56,211 bases of DNA from an uncultured Collinsella sp. (GCA_900757235.1 CAAENB010000024.1:1-56211); one strand, 5' to 3'; counted from the first letter of the stretch, positions 36,468-46,914 are shown. The notes: a model not told the origin generated them from the sequence alone. A program made the numbers and translations.

Positions 36468-37571
36468 TTGTCTACTAACGCCTCTGGCAGCCCTGTTCTG
36501 TCGCTGCTTATTCCCATTTACAATGTTCAGCGCTACCTGCGCGAGTGCCTCGATTCCGCCCTGGCGCAGACGCTCAAGGATATTGAGATCATCTGCATTA
36601 ACGACGGGTCGACCGACAACTCGCCGGCGATTATTCGCGAGTATATGGAGCACGATAGGCGCGTCAAGATGATCGACAAGGCCAACAGCGGCTACGGCGA
36701 CTCGATGAACCACGGTCTGGAGATGGCGCGCGGCAAGTACGTGGGCATCTTGGAGTCCGATGACTTTATGGCGTCCGACGCACTCGAAAAGCTTGTCTCG
36801 GCCGCAGATAGCAATAATGCCGACTTCGCGAAGGCGAACTTTGATTTCTACTGGTCTAAGCCCGAGGAGCGCCGTTCGCTGCACGAGATGTTTAAAGCCA
36901 AGGACTGTGGCAAGCCGGTGCACCCGAGCGATACGACGCAGTTCTTTAAGCAAAAGCCGTCGATTTGGTCGGCCGTGTACCGTCGCGGTTTTCTTGAGCG
37001 CAACGGCATTAAGTTCCTGCCGACTCCGGGGGCATCCTTTCAGGACACGTCATTCGCCTTTAAGGTGATCGCGTGCGCCGATAAGGCTGTTTACCTTCAT
37101 GATGCCGTGTTGTCTTATCGCCAGGACAACGAGAATTCCTCGGTCAATTCTTCGGCTAAGGTCTTTTGCGTCAATACCGAGTATGCCGAGATTGAGCGTT
37201 GGATTCGAGAGGATTATGCCCGTGACCACGCAAGTGATGACGTCGCGCGCATGCTCAAGTTCAATCAGCTCATTAAGTACGATTCGTACATGTGGAACTA
37301 CGTGCGTCTAGCGCCTAAGTTCTATAAGGAGTTCCTGGTTCAGATGGCCAAGGAGTTCCAAGCGGCCTTGGACGCGGGGGAGTTTTCGCTTGACGATCTC
37401 AAGCCGTGGAAGCGCGCAAATCTCGCTGCCATCCTCAAAGATCCTGAGGGCTGGGTTGACGAGCATCCGAGTTTTGCGACGGATGGTGCCTTGGGGCGTG
37501 CTAAGTATTACGCCTCGGTTGGAGGCCCAGGTGTGGTCGCCGCCTTCCTCATCGAATCGCTGAGGGGGTAG
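36468..37571 (+). CDS. GT2 glycosyltransferase
   Basis: IPIYNV..YL.ECLDS, NDGSTD, LESDD, TPGASFQD. Confidence 0.9.
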   Translation: MSTNASGSPVLSLLIPIYNVQRYLRECLDSALAQTLKDIEIICINDGSTDNSPAIIREYMEHDRRVKMIDKANSGYGDSMNHGLEMARGKYVGILESDDFMASDALEKLVSAADSNNADFAKANFDFYWSKPEERRSLHEMFKAKDCGKPVHPSDTTQFFKQKPSIWSAVYRRGFLERNGIKFLPTPGASFQDTSFAFKVIACADKAVYLHDAVLSYRQDNENSSVNSSAKVFCVNTEYAEIERWIREDYARDHASDDVARMLKFNQLIKYDSYMWNYVRLAPKFYKEFLVQMAKEFQAALDAGEFSLDDLKPWKRANLAAILKDPEGWVDEHPSFATDGALGRAKYYASVGGPGVVAAFLIESLRG

Positions 37572-37577
37572 GTCGGC

Positions 37578-38618
37578 ATGGGAGAGGCCTCGTGTCCTAA
37601 AGCTACGATTGTCGTCCCCGTTTACAACTCTGCGCGCTCCATTCAGCGATGCGTCGATTCGCTGTTGGCCCAGTCCGAGCGCTCGATTCAGGTTGTCTGC
37701 GTCAACGACGGTTCGACTGATGATTCGTTGAACGTGTTGCGCCAGATCGCGCAGGCCGACGATCGCGTACTGGTGATTGATCAGGAAAACGCGGGCGTCT
37801 CGTGTGCTCGAAATGCCGGTATCGATGCCGCCGAGGGCGAGACCGTCTTTTTTGTGGACGCTGACGATTACATCGATGCCCAGACTGTCGAGCGCGTGCT
37901 GCATGCCATGGAGTCTGCAGATGCCGAGGCCGCCGTTTTTGGCGGCGTTTGTGAACCTGCCGATGCTGCCCCCAAACGCGTCCAGCAACTCATGAGCCCC
38001 AAAGCTGGTATCTTTGGCGCCCGTGATCCCCAACTGCTGTTCCATTCGAATGCTCAGCCCTATGCCTGCCGTGCGGCTTTTTCGCGCGAGCTGCTCAATC
38101 GCGAAGGCATTCGCTTCGCCCCCGGTTTGGCTTTGGGCGAGGACGTCGTCTTCCAATTTGCGGCTTATGCGCTTGCCCGCAAGACCGTCGTCATGCCGGA
38201 CAAGTTCTACCACTACATGATGGAGAGCGAATCGGCGACGCACGAGTTCAACAGTGCCGAGGCTCGCGCCAAAAAGCTCGATGCCCATATGAGAATGCTC
38301 GAGGAGCTCTTGGAGGACTGGGCAGCCTACGGTCTTTTGGACCTGTGCCCCGGCGAGCTGATAACTTGGTTTTTGGACCTTATTGTGTTCGACCTGGCGC
38401 GCTTGGATGCCGATGACTTCCATCGCGTGGCGGCTCGCGTCAACATGGGCCTCACGACGTTTTTGGGAACGGAGTGGGCGGATATGCCTGCTAAGGGCGC
38501 CGTTCGCCGTGTTGCCCACAAGCTCGTTGCGGCGACCTCGGGCGTTTCAATGGCAGACGCCACGCAGTTCTATCTTTCGACTCGCGGTCTCAAAGCCTGC
38601 CTGGAGCGCTTTATCTAA
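37578..38618 (+). CDS. GT2 glycosyltransferase
   Basis: VPVYN, NDGSTD, ARNAG, FVDADD, GED. Confidence 0.9.
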   Translation: MGEASCPKATIVVPVYNSARSIQRCVDSLLAQSERSIQVVCVNDGSTDDSLNVLRQIAQADDRVLVIDQENAGVSCARNAGIDAAEGETVFFVDADDYIDAQTVERVLHAMESADAEAAVFGGVCEPADAAPKRVQQLMSPKAGIFGARDPQLLFHSNAQPYACRAAFSRELLNREGIRFAPGLALGEDVVFQFAAYALARKTVVMPDKFYHYMMESESATHEFNSAEARAKKLDAHMRMLEELLEDWAAYGLLDLCPGELITWFLDLIVFDLARLDADDFHRVAARVNMGLTTFLGTEWADMPAKGAVRRVAHKLVAATSGVSMADATQFYLSTRGLKACLERFI

Positions 38619-38692
38619 TTCCAGGCGCTGCCGCCCGCCGCAACTCGGCTGCTAAAATAACCCTGTTACACGCTATCCAACAGGAGGTTCTC

Positions 38693-39811
38693 TTGCAGAA
38701 CTCTGATACCCCTAAAGTTTCGCTGCTTGTTCCCATCTGCAATGTTGAGCGCTACCTGCGCGAGTGCCTCGATTCCGCCGTGGCGCAGACGCTCAAGGAC
38801 ATCGAGATCATCTGCATCAACGACGGCTCCACCGACAGCTCGCCAGACATCATCCGCGAGTACATGGAGCGCGATCCCCGTGTAAAGATGATCGACAAGG
38901 CCAACAGCGGCTACGGCGACTCGATGAACCGCGGCCTGGAAATGGCGCGCGGCGAGTACGTGGGCATCCTTGAGTCCGACGACTTTATGTTTGAGGATTC
39001 GCTCCAAAAGCTGGTCGCCAAGGCCGATGCTGAGCGTGCCGATGTGGTAAAGGGCGACTTTTACCTGTATTGGTCCACGCCCAGCGAGCGCCGTGAGCTG
39101 TTTGGGATCATCGACGAGCATATGACGGGCGCCGCGTATCGCCCCGTCGATCGCCCGGGCATCTTCTACCGCAAACCTTCCATTTGGTCGGCTATCTATC
39201 GGCGCGAGTTTCTCAACGACAATCAGATTCGGTTCCTTCCCACGCCGGGCGCCTCATATCAGGACGCAGGCTTTAACTTTAAGGTTTGGGCTTGCGCCGA
39301 GCGTGCCGCGTTTATTACGGACCCCATTTTGTGCTATCGCCAGGATAACGAGAAGAGCTCCGTTAATTCGCCCAACAAGGTGTTTTGCGTGTGCGACGAA
39401 TATGCCGAGATGCAACGTTTTTTGGACGAGCGTCCCGAGCTCAAGGCTCAGCTCCAGGGCATTTTAATGCGCATGAAGGTCGATACGTACCGTTGGAATG
39501 ATGAGCGCCTGGTCGATGAACTGCGCGAGCAGTTTTGGGAGAAGGCTTCACCCGAGCTGAGGGCCGATTGGGATGCCGGTCGCTTTGACCTGTCGCTGTT
39601 TGATCCGCGTGGCGAGACCGACTTGCGCCTGATGGTCAAGTCGCCCCGCGCCTATATCGATTCGCGCTTTGACTTTAAGAAGCCGGGCAAGCTCAATACG
39701 TTTAAGCACTACTTTAAGATCGGCGGCCTGCCGCTGGTCTGGCGCGTGCTGACGTATCAGCGAACCTACGGTGATAATCCGCACCCCGATGACGTTCCGG
39801 TCGCACAGTAG
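38693..39811 (+). CDS. GT2 glycosyltransferase, paralog of 36468..37571
   Basis: Same motifs; near-identical 5' nucleotide segment. Confidence 0.9.
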   Translation: MQNSDTPKVSLLVPICNVERYLRECLDSAVAQTLKDIEIICINDGSTDSSPDIIREYMERDPRVKMIDKANSGYGDSMNRGLEMARGEYVGILESDDFMFEDSLQKLVAKADAERADVVKGDFYLYWSTPSERRELFGIIDEHMTGAAYRPVDRPGIFYRKPSIWSAIYRREFLNDNQIRFLPTPGASYQDAGFNFKVWACAERAAFITDPILCYRQDNEKSSVNSPNKVFCVCDEYAEMQRFLDERPELKAQLQGILMRMKVDTYRWNDERLVDELREQFWEKASPELRADWDAGRFDLSLFDPRGETDLRLMVKSPRAYIDSRFDFKKPGKLNTFKHYFKIGGLPLVWRVLTYQRTYGDNPHPDDVPVAQ

Positions 39812-39823
39812 GAGCACTTGACT

Positions 39824-40891
39824 ATGGCTACCCCCAAGATTTCCGTTGTCGTTCCCATCTATAACGTGGAGGAGTACCTGGCCTGGTGCCTGGACTCCCT
39901 GCTTGCGCAGGACATGCCCGATTGGGAAGGCGTGCTGGTCAACGACGGCTCGCCGGACGGTTCGCGCGATATTGCGGCTGCCTATTGCGAAAAGGACGCG
40001 CGCTTTACGCTGGTCGATAAGGAGAACGGCGGCCTGTCGAGCGCCCGCAATGCGGGTATCGCTGCGTCCACGTCGCCTATCGTTGCGTTCTTGGATTCCG
40101 ACGACCGCTTTACGCCCGATGCGTGCCGCGTGATCGTCGATGCCTTTGAGCGCCAAGACTGCGACGTTTTGACCTTTGGCGCGAATCCGTATCCGCTGGA
40201 GGCGGGGTATCCGTGGCTTAACTATGTGCTGAGCCCGCGCGATGTGTCGTTTGAAGGCTATAGCTCTGACCTGCTGTTTAAGGAAGCGTCTCGCCCCTTT
40301 GCATGGCGTACCGCCTGCAAGTGCGAGTTTTTGCTGGGCAACGGGATCGTGTTCGACGAAACCGTTAAGTATGGCGAGGATCAGGTCTTCGATTTTGCCG
40401 TGTACGGTCGCTCGCGCAAGAGCGCGCTTATTTCGAACAAGCTGTACGACTACCGCGTGGCGCGCAAGGGCTCACTTATGGACACCATGCGCTATGACGA
40501 CGAGACGCGTCTGCTGGAGCACGTGAAGATTTACTCCGCGGTGCTGGCTGACTGGCAGCGCGACGGTCTCGATGCTCAGCATGCCGATGACCTGGCGTAC
40601 TTCCTATGCGATCTGGTGCTGTACGATGCGCTCAGGTTGCTGGGTTCGGACTGCGGCGAGGTGTTTGCTGCCGTTGCCACGGCGCTTGCCGGTTCTGCCG
40701 TGGGCAGCGATGATGCGCTCGCACAATGCGCTCCTTCTGTTGCTGCTATGGTGCGTGTGGCGCTTACCAGCAAGGCCCCCAATGCCCGTGGGTGCAAAAA
40801 GCTCATGTTCGATTACGACGTCTTGAGGTTTGGGCGCCTGGGTGCCTGCAAACGCATGGCGGCGAACGCCCTGGGAAAGCGAGAAGTGTAA
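39824..40891 (+). CDS. GT2 glycosyltransferase
   Basis: VPIYNVE, NDGSPD, NGGLSSARN, FLDSDD, GED. Confidence 0.9.
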   Translation: MATPKISVVVPIYNVEEYLAWCLDSLLAQDMPDWEGVLVNDGSPDGSRDIAAAYCEKDARFTLVDKENGGLSSARNAGIAASTSPIVAFLDSDDRFTPDACRVIVDAFERQDCDVLTFGANPYPLEAGYPWLNYVLSPRDVSFEGYSSDLLFKEASRPFAWRTACKCEFLLGNGIVFDETVKYGEDQVFDFAVYGRSRKSALISNKLYDYRVARKGSLMDTMRYDDETRLLEHVKIYSAVLADWQRDGLDAQHADDLAYFLCDLVLYDALRLLGSDCGEVFAAVATALAGSAVGSDDALAQCAPSVAAMVRVALTSKAPNARGCKKLMFDYDVLRFGRLGACKRMAANALGKREV

Positions 40892-43378
40892 ATGAGTATC
40901 AAGCGTTTGGCGCTTTGCCGCAGCCAGGGCCGTCTGTTTGTGCTGCTTCGTTTTGCTGGCGAAGATGTCTCCGCACTTATTGAGCAGGAAGGTCCCCAAG
41001 CCTTTGCCCACGCAATGACGAATGGCGCTTGCGTGCCGTGCCTGGCGCTGCCCGTCGACCACGGTCGCGTGTTGGCGCTTTGCCCTTCTGTCGCCGACTA
41101 TGAGCGTGAACTCGCCGTTTTGGTGCTTCCGTTCTTGGATGGCTCGATGATTGACGTTGAGTTTGCCGCTGGGTCGCGTAAGCTTGGCTCCATTCGCCTT
41201 GACAGCCGTGTGGCCAAGCTGGAATCCAAGATTAACTACAAGACGAAACCTGCGTTGTGCGCGCTTATTCGCGATGTGCAACGTGGCGAGCGTTGCGGTT
41301 GCTACGAGATTGACGCCGTGCGCTATTTACCGGCGGACGAGGGCGCCGTGTGGCGCTACGAAATTGCGTGGGCAGGGGACTCCGACTGCGCCCCCGAGCT
41401 CCAGATCTTCGATACGCATATGAACGTCATCGATGCCACGGTGCATGTGTTTGAGTCGCAGCTCGATGTGCCGCAGCAGAACGGGACGCGCCTCAATAAA
41501 ACCTTCCTGAGTGTGGAGATGTTTCAGGATATACGCGATTTTGTCGCGATTGCGAGCGATCCCGTGGGGCAGATCAAGACTGGCTTTTGCTCCATGGATG
41601 GTCGTCTGTACAACGGCATGGTCGATGACAGTTGGAACCGTATGAAGGACGCGCGCGCGGATGACGCCGCTTATCGTCGCTGGTTTGAGCAGCATCGCGC
41701 AAAGCCGGGTGACCTGGCGTGCCAGCGGGTCACTTCGGCAGCATTTGCCTACCGACCGCTCGTGAGCATTGTCGTGCCGTGCTATAAGACCGATCGGGTC
41801 TACCTGAGCGAGCTGCTGGATTCGGTGCTTGCCCAGAGCTACGACAACTGGGAATTGCTGCTTATGGATGCCTCGCCCGAATGGGATGCGGTGGCCAACC
41901 TTGCAGTAGCCACTCACGACGAGCGCGTTCGCCGTATCGAACTGCCCGGTAATGGCGGCATTGTGGTCAACACCAACGCCGGCATCCAACAGGCGGTGGG
42001 CGATTACATCGCATTCTTGGACCACGATGACATCTTGGAACCGGATGCGCTGTTCCACTACGTTTCCGCGTTGAACAAGGCGAGCGAGGGAGAGCGCCCG
42101 CAGGTCCTGTTCTGCGACGAGGACATGTTCCAGAAAGCGGGGGAGTGGGGCCAGCCGGTCTTTAAGACCAAACTCAATGTCGACCTGCTCTATAGCCATA
42201 ACTGCGTGACGCATTTTCTGATGGTGGAGAAGGCCCTGATCGACTCCATCGGTATGTCGCCGGAAGACGTTGCGGGCGCCCAGGATTACGATCTGACGCT
42301 CCGCTGCCTGGCGGCGGGTGCACGGTTTGAGCATGTTGCGCACGTGCTGTATCACTGGCGGGTGCACCCCGGCTCGACCGCCGACGGTTCTGCTGATAGC
42401 AAGCCCTATGCCATCGAGGCCGGTCGTCTTGCGCTGCAGCGCCACTTTGACTCGCTGGGCGTTTGCGGAACGGTCGAGGAGACTGAGACCCCATTCGTCT
42501 ATCGCATGCGCTATGCTCTGCCTGAACCTGCGCCGCTGGTGAGCATTGTGATTCCGACCAAGGACCACGTCGAGACGCTCGATGCCTGCGTGATATCGAT
42601 TGCCGAGAATGCAACGTATGCCAATTACGAGATCGTCTTGGTGGAGAACAACAGCGAAGATCCGAAGACGTTTGCGTATTACGAGGCCCTTCCGGAGCGC
42701 ATAGCGGCTGCATCTGGTGGCAAGGGCACGGCGCGCGTTGAGTGGTGGCCGGGCGAGTTCAATTACTCCCAGATCATCAACTTTGGCGTTGAGCATGCCA
42801 AGGGCGACTATCTGCTGCTGTTGAACAACGATACCGAGGTCATAAGCCCCGGCTTTATTGAAGAGATGATGGGCTATCTGATGCGTCCCGATGCGGGCGT
42901 GGTGGGCGCCAAACTCTATTTTGCCGATCATCTGGTGCAGCATGCCGGCATTTTGGTTGGCGTGCGCGGCGCACTTGCCCATGCCAACCAGGACTTCTCG
43001 GCAAAGCGCGAGGGATACCTTGCCCGTGCTGTACGTCCCGGCAACTTTAGCGCCGTAACGGGCGCCTGCCAGATGGTTCGTCGCGACGTGTTTGAGCAGG
43101 TCGGAGGCTACAACGAGGAGTTCGCCGTCGGCTTTAACGACGCGGACTTTTGCCTCCGTGTGCGGGAGGCGGGCTACCGTACCATCTTTACGCCCTATGC
43201 CGAGCTGTACCACTACGAGTTTACCTCGCGCGGCAGGGAAGAGGCCAACGAGGAAAAGCTGCGCCGCTGGAAGCGAGAGCAGGCACTGTTCATGCAGCGC
43301 TGGCCGGAGTTCTTCCTCGATGGCGATCCGTGGTTGGGGCCAAACCTATCTGCCGAGAGTGAGTATTTCTCGGTCTAA
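40892..43378 (+). CDS. Large dual-domain GT2 glycosyltransferase (rhamnosyltransferase-like)
   Basis: Two GT2 domains (FLDHDD, GAQDYD, LYHWR; LLNNDTE, AVTGAC, FNDADFCL). Confidence 0.92.
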   Translation: MSIKRLALCRSQGRLFVLLRFAGEDVSALIEQEGPQAFAHAMTNGACVPCLALPVDHGRVLALCPSVADYERELAVLVLPFLDGSMIDVEFAAGSRKLGSIRLDSRVAKLESKINYKTKPALCALIRDVQRGERCGCYEIDAVRYLPADEGAVWRYEIAWAGDSDCAPELQIFDTHMNVIDATVHVFESQLDVPQQNGTRLNKTFLSVEMFQDIRDFVAIASDPVGQIKTGFCSMDGRLYNGMVDDSWNRMKDARADDAAYRRWFEQHRAKPGDLACQRVTSAAFAYRPLVSIVVPCYKTDRVYLSELLDSVLAQSYDNWELLLMDASPEWDAVANLAVATHDERVRRIELPGNGGIVVNTNAGIQQAVGDYIAFLDHDDILEPDALFHYVSALNKASEGERPQVLFCDEDMFQKAGEWGQPVFKTKLNVDLLYSHNCVTHFLMVEKALIDSIGMSPEDVAGAQDYDLTLRCLAAGARFEHVAHVLYHWRVHPGSTADGSADSKPYAIEAGRLALQRHFDSLGVCGTVEETETPFVYRMRYALPEPAPLVSIVIPTKDHVETLDACVISIAENATYANYEIVLVENNSEDPKTFAYYEALPERIAAASGGKGTARVEWWPGEFNYSQIINFGVEHAKGDYLLLLNNDTEVISPGFIEEMMGYLMRPDAGVVGAKLYFADHLVQHAGILVGVRGALAHANQDFSAKREGYLARAVRPGNFSAVTGACQMVRRDVFEQVGGYNEEFAVGFNDADFCLRVREAGYRTIFTPYAELYHYEFTSRGREEANEEKLRRWKREQALFMQRWPEFFLDGDPWLGPNLSAESEYFSV

Positions 43379-43527
43379 GGCAATGGGTTTAGGAAGTCCT
43401 GAACTTTCTTTCGCTATGAGCTTGGAAGAAAGCAATGGTGGACTACTAACTAAGTCATATTACGAAAGCTCGATACTTCCGCGATAAGTTTATACAAGCT
43501 TATACAGCTCGATATTATTCGATATAA

Positions 43528-44136
43528 GTAGATACCGCACTTGTCTTTGCCGGCTTACCCGCCGGCGTTATGGATCTTATTAACGGCAAGGCGCTTACGT
43601 TCTTGCGTCGTGCCCTCTCCGAAGATCTGGCGCCTATCAACCAGGTGGAGGTAGCGCTCTCTATGGGCGATAGCTTTGTCGCGACTGGTTTGACCATAGA
43701 GGACGATCTTCTGTCGAGAGCCGCTAAGGCCACTAAGGGCTATGCCTATCTGGTGCAACTGGTCGGTTACTCCATTTGGCAACGCGCCAACTTGCATCGT
43801 GCCAAAAGTGCCATTGTGAGCGAGGGCGACGTCACCGAAGGCATTGCGCTGGCAGAGGCTCGTTTTCACGATGTTGTTCACGAGCCCGCGATTTCTGGAC
43901 TTGGACTCAACGATATCAAATACCTTTTGGCCATGTGCGAGGATAAGCAGCAGTCCAAATCATCTGAGATTGCTAAACGCATGGGTAAAAAGACCAATGA
44001 GGTCAGCTCTATTAGGGCTAAGCTGCTTCAAAGAGAGGTTATTCAAGCTCCGCAGAGGGGCTACGTGCAGTTTGCCGTGCCGGACCTAGATATCTATCTG
44101 CGAGAGAACGCCGCGGAGATTCTCGAGCGGTTCTAA
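43528..44136 (+). pseudogene. 5'-truncated AAA+ ATPase / winged-helix protein remnant
   Basis: Begins mid-domain (ALVFAGLP...TFLRRA), then GYAYLVQLVG and RG.VQFAVP; no Walker A, in-frame TAA at 43525. Confidence 0.7.
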
Positions 44137-44159
44137 ATCGAGGCATGAATAGCCGCCGG

Positions 44160-44810
44160 TTAACTGCCCTTGTCGACTTGGCTCGCGTCCCCCCAATCTA
44201 GTAGACTCTGAACCGTTGCTAGATTGGGGGGATTTTCCATGAAACGCTCCATGAAACGAGTTTCCGGGGCCGTTCGGATGCCGTGGCGCAGCAGGGACTT
44301 GAGCTTCTCGGCGAACACCTGCTCTTTCGAGTTCGCAAGCAGGCAGACGCCCTCCTGCCGGTGTGCCACGTCGAACCACAGCTCGTCCTGCTCCATCGCA
44401 GCGCTCGCGTGGACCCCCAGGTCGAGCTTCGTGTCGAACGTGCTGCGCCCGTCGCTGACCTTGAGGTTGACGCGCCTGCCCTTGTAGTCCTGCTGCGACA
44501 GCTCCTCTATCTCGCCGGCGATGCGGACGGTTACGCCGTCGCCGAGGTTCGAGAGGGCGGACACAAAGGAGCGAATGGAGGCGTCGGTCATCGGGTACCG
44601 CACGAAGTCGAGGTCTATGTCCTGGGTTGCGCGGCGCCCGCTCCCCGACAGCGCGCACATCAGGACCCCTCCCTTGACCGTCACTCGGTCGCGCATGCCG
44701 GATGCCGCCAGCTTTGAGAGGATCACGTCCTGGCAGACGCGCGCGGTCGCGTTGAGGCAGGAGTAGCCCTCCTCGCGCTCGTAGCGCGCCCTCATCTCGT
44801 TCAGGTCCAT
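44160..44810 (-). pseudogene. AbiEii nucleotidyltransferase toxin, C-terminally truncated
   Basis: KGG, R.T.DID and AEKLKSLL present; the expected R.KD..D helix is replaced by unrelated sequence after about 44278. Confidence 0.75.
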
Positions 44811-45352
44811 CAGAATACCTCCTCCATGGCGCGCTCGAGGTGTGCCTCGCCGTGCGGGATTGCCTCCGCGTAGTCCTGCAGCCTGTATATGTCCAGCCGC
44901 TCCGACCGCCTGCGGAACGAGGCGACGGCCTCCCGGTAGAGGTCGTAGGGCAGCTTGTTGCGCGAGCGCATGAGCTCGAGGAGCATGCGCTCGGGGTCGT
45001 AAGCGGCAAGCTCGGTCCCGTCCACCGAGACGGTCGACCTCCCGACGCCCAGCCATCCCTCCGGGATGAAGTGCTGGCGCACGGCGGCGTCGCGTATCTT
45101 GGTCCCACCGCGCTTCGTGGCCAGGTCGATCCGGTCGGGGGGCGCGGTCACGAGCCCGTGGGCGTAGAGCGCGGTCTGCCCGGTCAGGATGCCCCCGGGG
45201 TAGCGCTTCGCGATCACGGCGAGGGCGTCCTCGTCCCGGTTGGTCGAGTACATCCCTCGGCCGACGGGGTGGAGCGTCCCTTCCGACACCGCCTTGCGAA
45301 CGCGGTACCTGCTCCCGAGTTCAGCCAGCGCCTCCCGGTAGGTGATCACCAT
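44810..45352 (-). CDS. AbiEi-family type IV antitoxin
   Basis: wHTH GRGMY, TALYAHGL, YDPERML; stop overlaps the AbiEii start; GGAGG RBS. Confidence 0.8.
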   Translation of the reverse strand: MVITYREALAELGSRYRVRKAVSEGTLHPVGRGMYSTNRDEDALAVIAKRYPGGILTGQTALYAHGLVTAPPDRIDLATKRGGTKIRDAAVRQHFIPEGWLGVGRSTVSVDGTELAAYDPERMLLELMRSRNKLPYDLYREAVASFRRRSERLDIYRLQDYAEAIPHGEAHLERAMEEVF

Positions 45353-45367
45353 GCCGACCTCCCCTCG

Positions 45368-45417
45368 AAAGCCATATAAGCCTACATCTGATGACAATTG
45401 TAGGCTTATATGGCTTT
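45368..45417. promoter_or_regulatory. Perfect 19-bp inverted repeat, putative AbiEi operator
   Basis: AAAGCCATATAAGCCTACA-N12-TGTAGGCTTATATGGCTTT directly upstream of abiEi. Confidence 0.75.
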
Positions 45418-45536
45418 TCATGGAACGACTCATTGCGGCACCTCCCTCGCCATGACGGTGCCTTACTTTGATGGCCCTTTCCTCGTTTGCATCTGCTATA
45501 TGAAGGAACGTCGATTCTGGTGCTCGGGCGAAGGCG

Positions 45537-46481
45537 CTACGCGATGAAATTCTCCACCAGCGTAACCATGGAGTCCTTCTCGCTTGGGTCAGAGAGGGCA
45601 ATCATGAGCGTCATGGCCGCGAGCGCGTTGCCCTCCACGCGGAGTCTTTCGCCGTTGCGCAGTATCCCGTTCTTGTCGAGGAAGTGAATGAAGAGCGCCG
45701 CTGCAGAGCGCTTGTTGCCATCCAAGAATGGATGGTCCTTCACTACGAGGTAGAGAAGGTTGGCGGCCTTTGCTTGAACGGAGGGATATAGGTCTTGGTC
45801 GCCAAAGCCCTGATAGAGGGCGCTGATGATTCCGGCGAACTGGTTGTCCCGCTCTCGTCCGAACAGGGCGGACGACGAGTAGAACGGTAGGCTGCGGACG
45901 ACTTCGAGGGCTTCGGTGTAACCGAGCTCCCAGTTGGGCTCGTTGCCCTGGGGCGCCTTCATCCTTCCCGTGTCGTATTCATCGAGCAGAGTCAGGCTCG
46001 GAAGGTACTTCTGTAGAATTTCTGCCGCACCGGAGAGTTCCGGAGTACTCGACCTCTCGAGGACCTTGAAGACCGTTCCGAGCGCCTCGAGTCTCTTTTG
46101 GTTGATGGAGTATCCCTGGAGTAGATGCTGCTTGAGCACGCCATTTGCCCACCGGCGGAAGTACACGCCCTGCTGAGACTTCACGCGGTAGCCAACCGAG
46201 ATGATCATGTCGAGGTTGTAGTGCTCGACCTGACGTTTGACCGTTCTTGTTCCCTCTAAGCGAACTATTTCAAAAAATGAAATAGTTCGAATTCCGGCAA
46301 GCTCTTCCTTTGCTGCGGAATGAATGTGCTTGGAGATAGTCGGCACTCCGCGCCCGAACAACGTCGCCATCTGCTGCTGGGTTAGCCAGACCGTATCGCC
46401 GTCGACGCGCACGTCAAGGTGGACTGCGTGGTCGGGGTCCTCGTACAAAGCGATCTGCTGGCTTGCGTTGGAATTGTCCAT
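45537..46481 (-). CDS. RhuM-like / Fic-Doc fusion protein
   Basis: TVWLTQQQMA.LF, YNLDMIISVGYRVKS..G..FRRWA; HPFLDGNKRSA. Confidence 0.88.
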   Translation of the reverse strand: MDNSNASQQIALYEDPDHAVHLDVRVDGDTVWLTQQQMATLFGRGVPTISKHIHSAAKEELAGIRTISFFEIVRLEGTRTVKRQVEHYNLDMIISVGYRVKSQQGVYFRRWANGVLKQHLLQGYSINQKRLEALGTVFKVLERSSTPELSGAAEILQKYLPSLTLLDEYDTGRMKAPQGNEPNWELGYTEALEVVRSLPFYSSSALFGRERDNQFAGIISALYQGFGDQDLYPSVQAKAANLLYLVVKDHPFLDGNKRSAAALFIHFLDKNGILRNGERLRVEGNALAAMTLMIALSDPSEKDSMVTLVENFIA

Positions 46482-46845
46482 GATGTATGCCCCTTCGGTT
46501 TAGTCGACATGCTATGATCCGCACGCCGGAGGACGAGTGGTTTCAACATGCCGGTATTGCGTAGCTTCAACCGGCATCCCGCCGGTCAGTCGGCGTCGCG
46601 TGCGCCGGCTAAGCCAGGGTCGGGGCAGCGGGGATCCGCGGCGCCGGCGCTTCGTACCATTGGGGGCCTCCGAAGCGACTTTCACTCTGTCTTATTCTGG
46701 TAGATACAGTGTACCACGAAACGCGAACATGCGTACGTATTTCTGTTTAAATTTTAGCTGGACGCGGCGGTGTGTCGTCCTCTGCCTTGTTCTCCGAAGC
46801 CAGCTGTATTCCGGGCCGCGGTTCTACAAGGCAGGGGGTAGTCAG

Positions 46846-46905
46846 ATGGATAGGATTATCCTTCTCCTACTTCTCTTGACCTTCCTGGTCATCCTGAGCA
46901 AGTAA
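46846..46905 (+). CDS. 19-aa hydrophobic peptide MDRIILLLLLLTFLVILSK, candidate type I toxin
   Basis: GGGGGT RBS upstream; single TM helix with charged ends; RBS-sequestering hairpin. Confidence 0.55.
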   Translation: MDRIILLLLLLTFLVILSK

Positions 46906-46914
46906 TGGGCTTTA

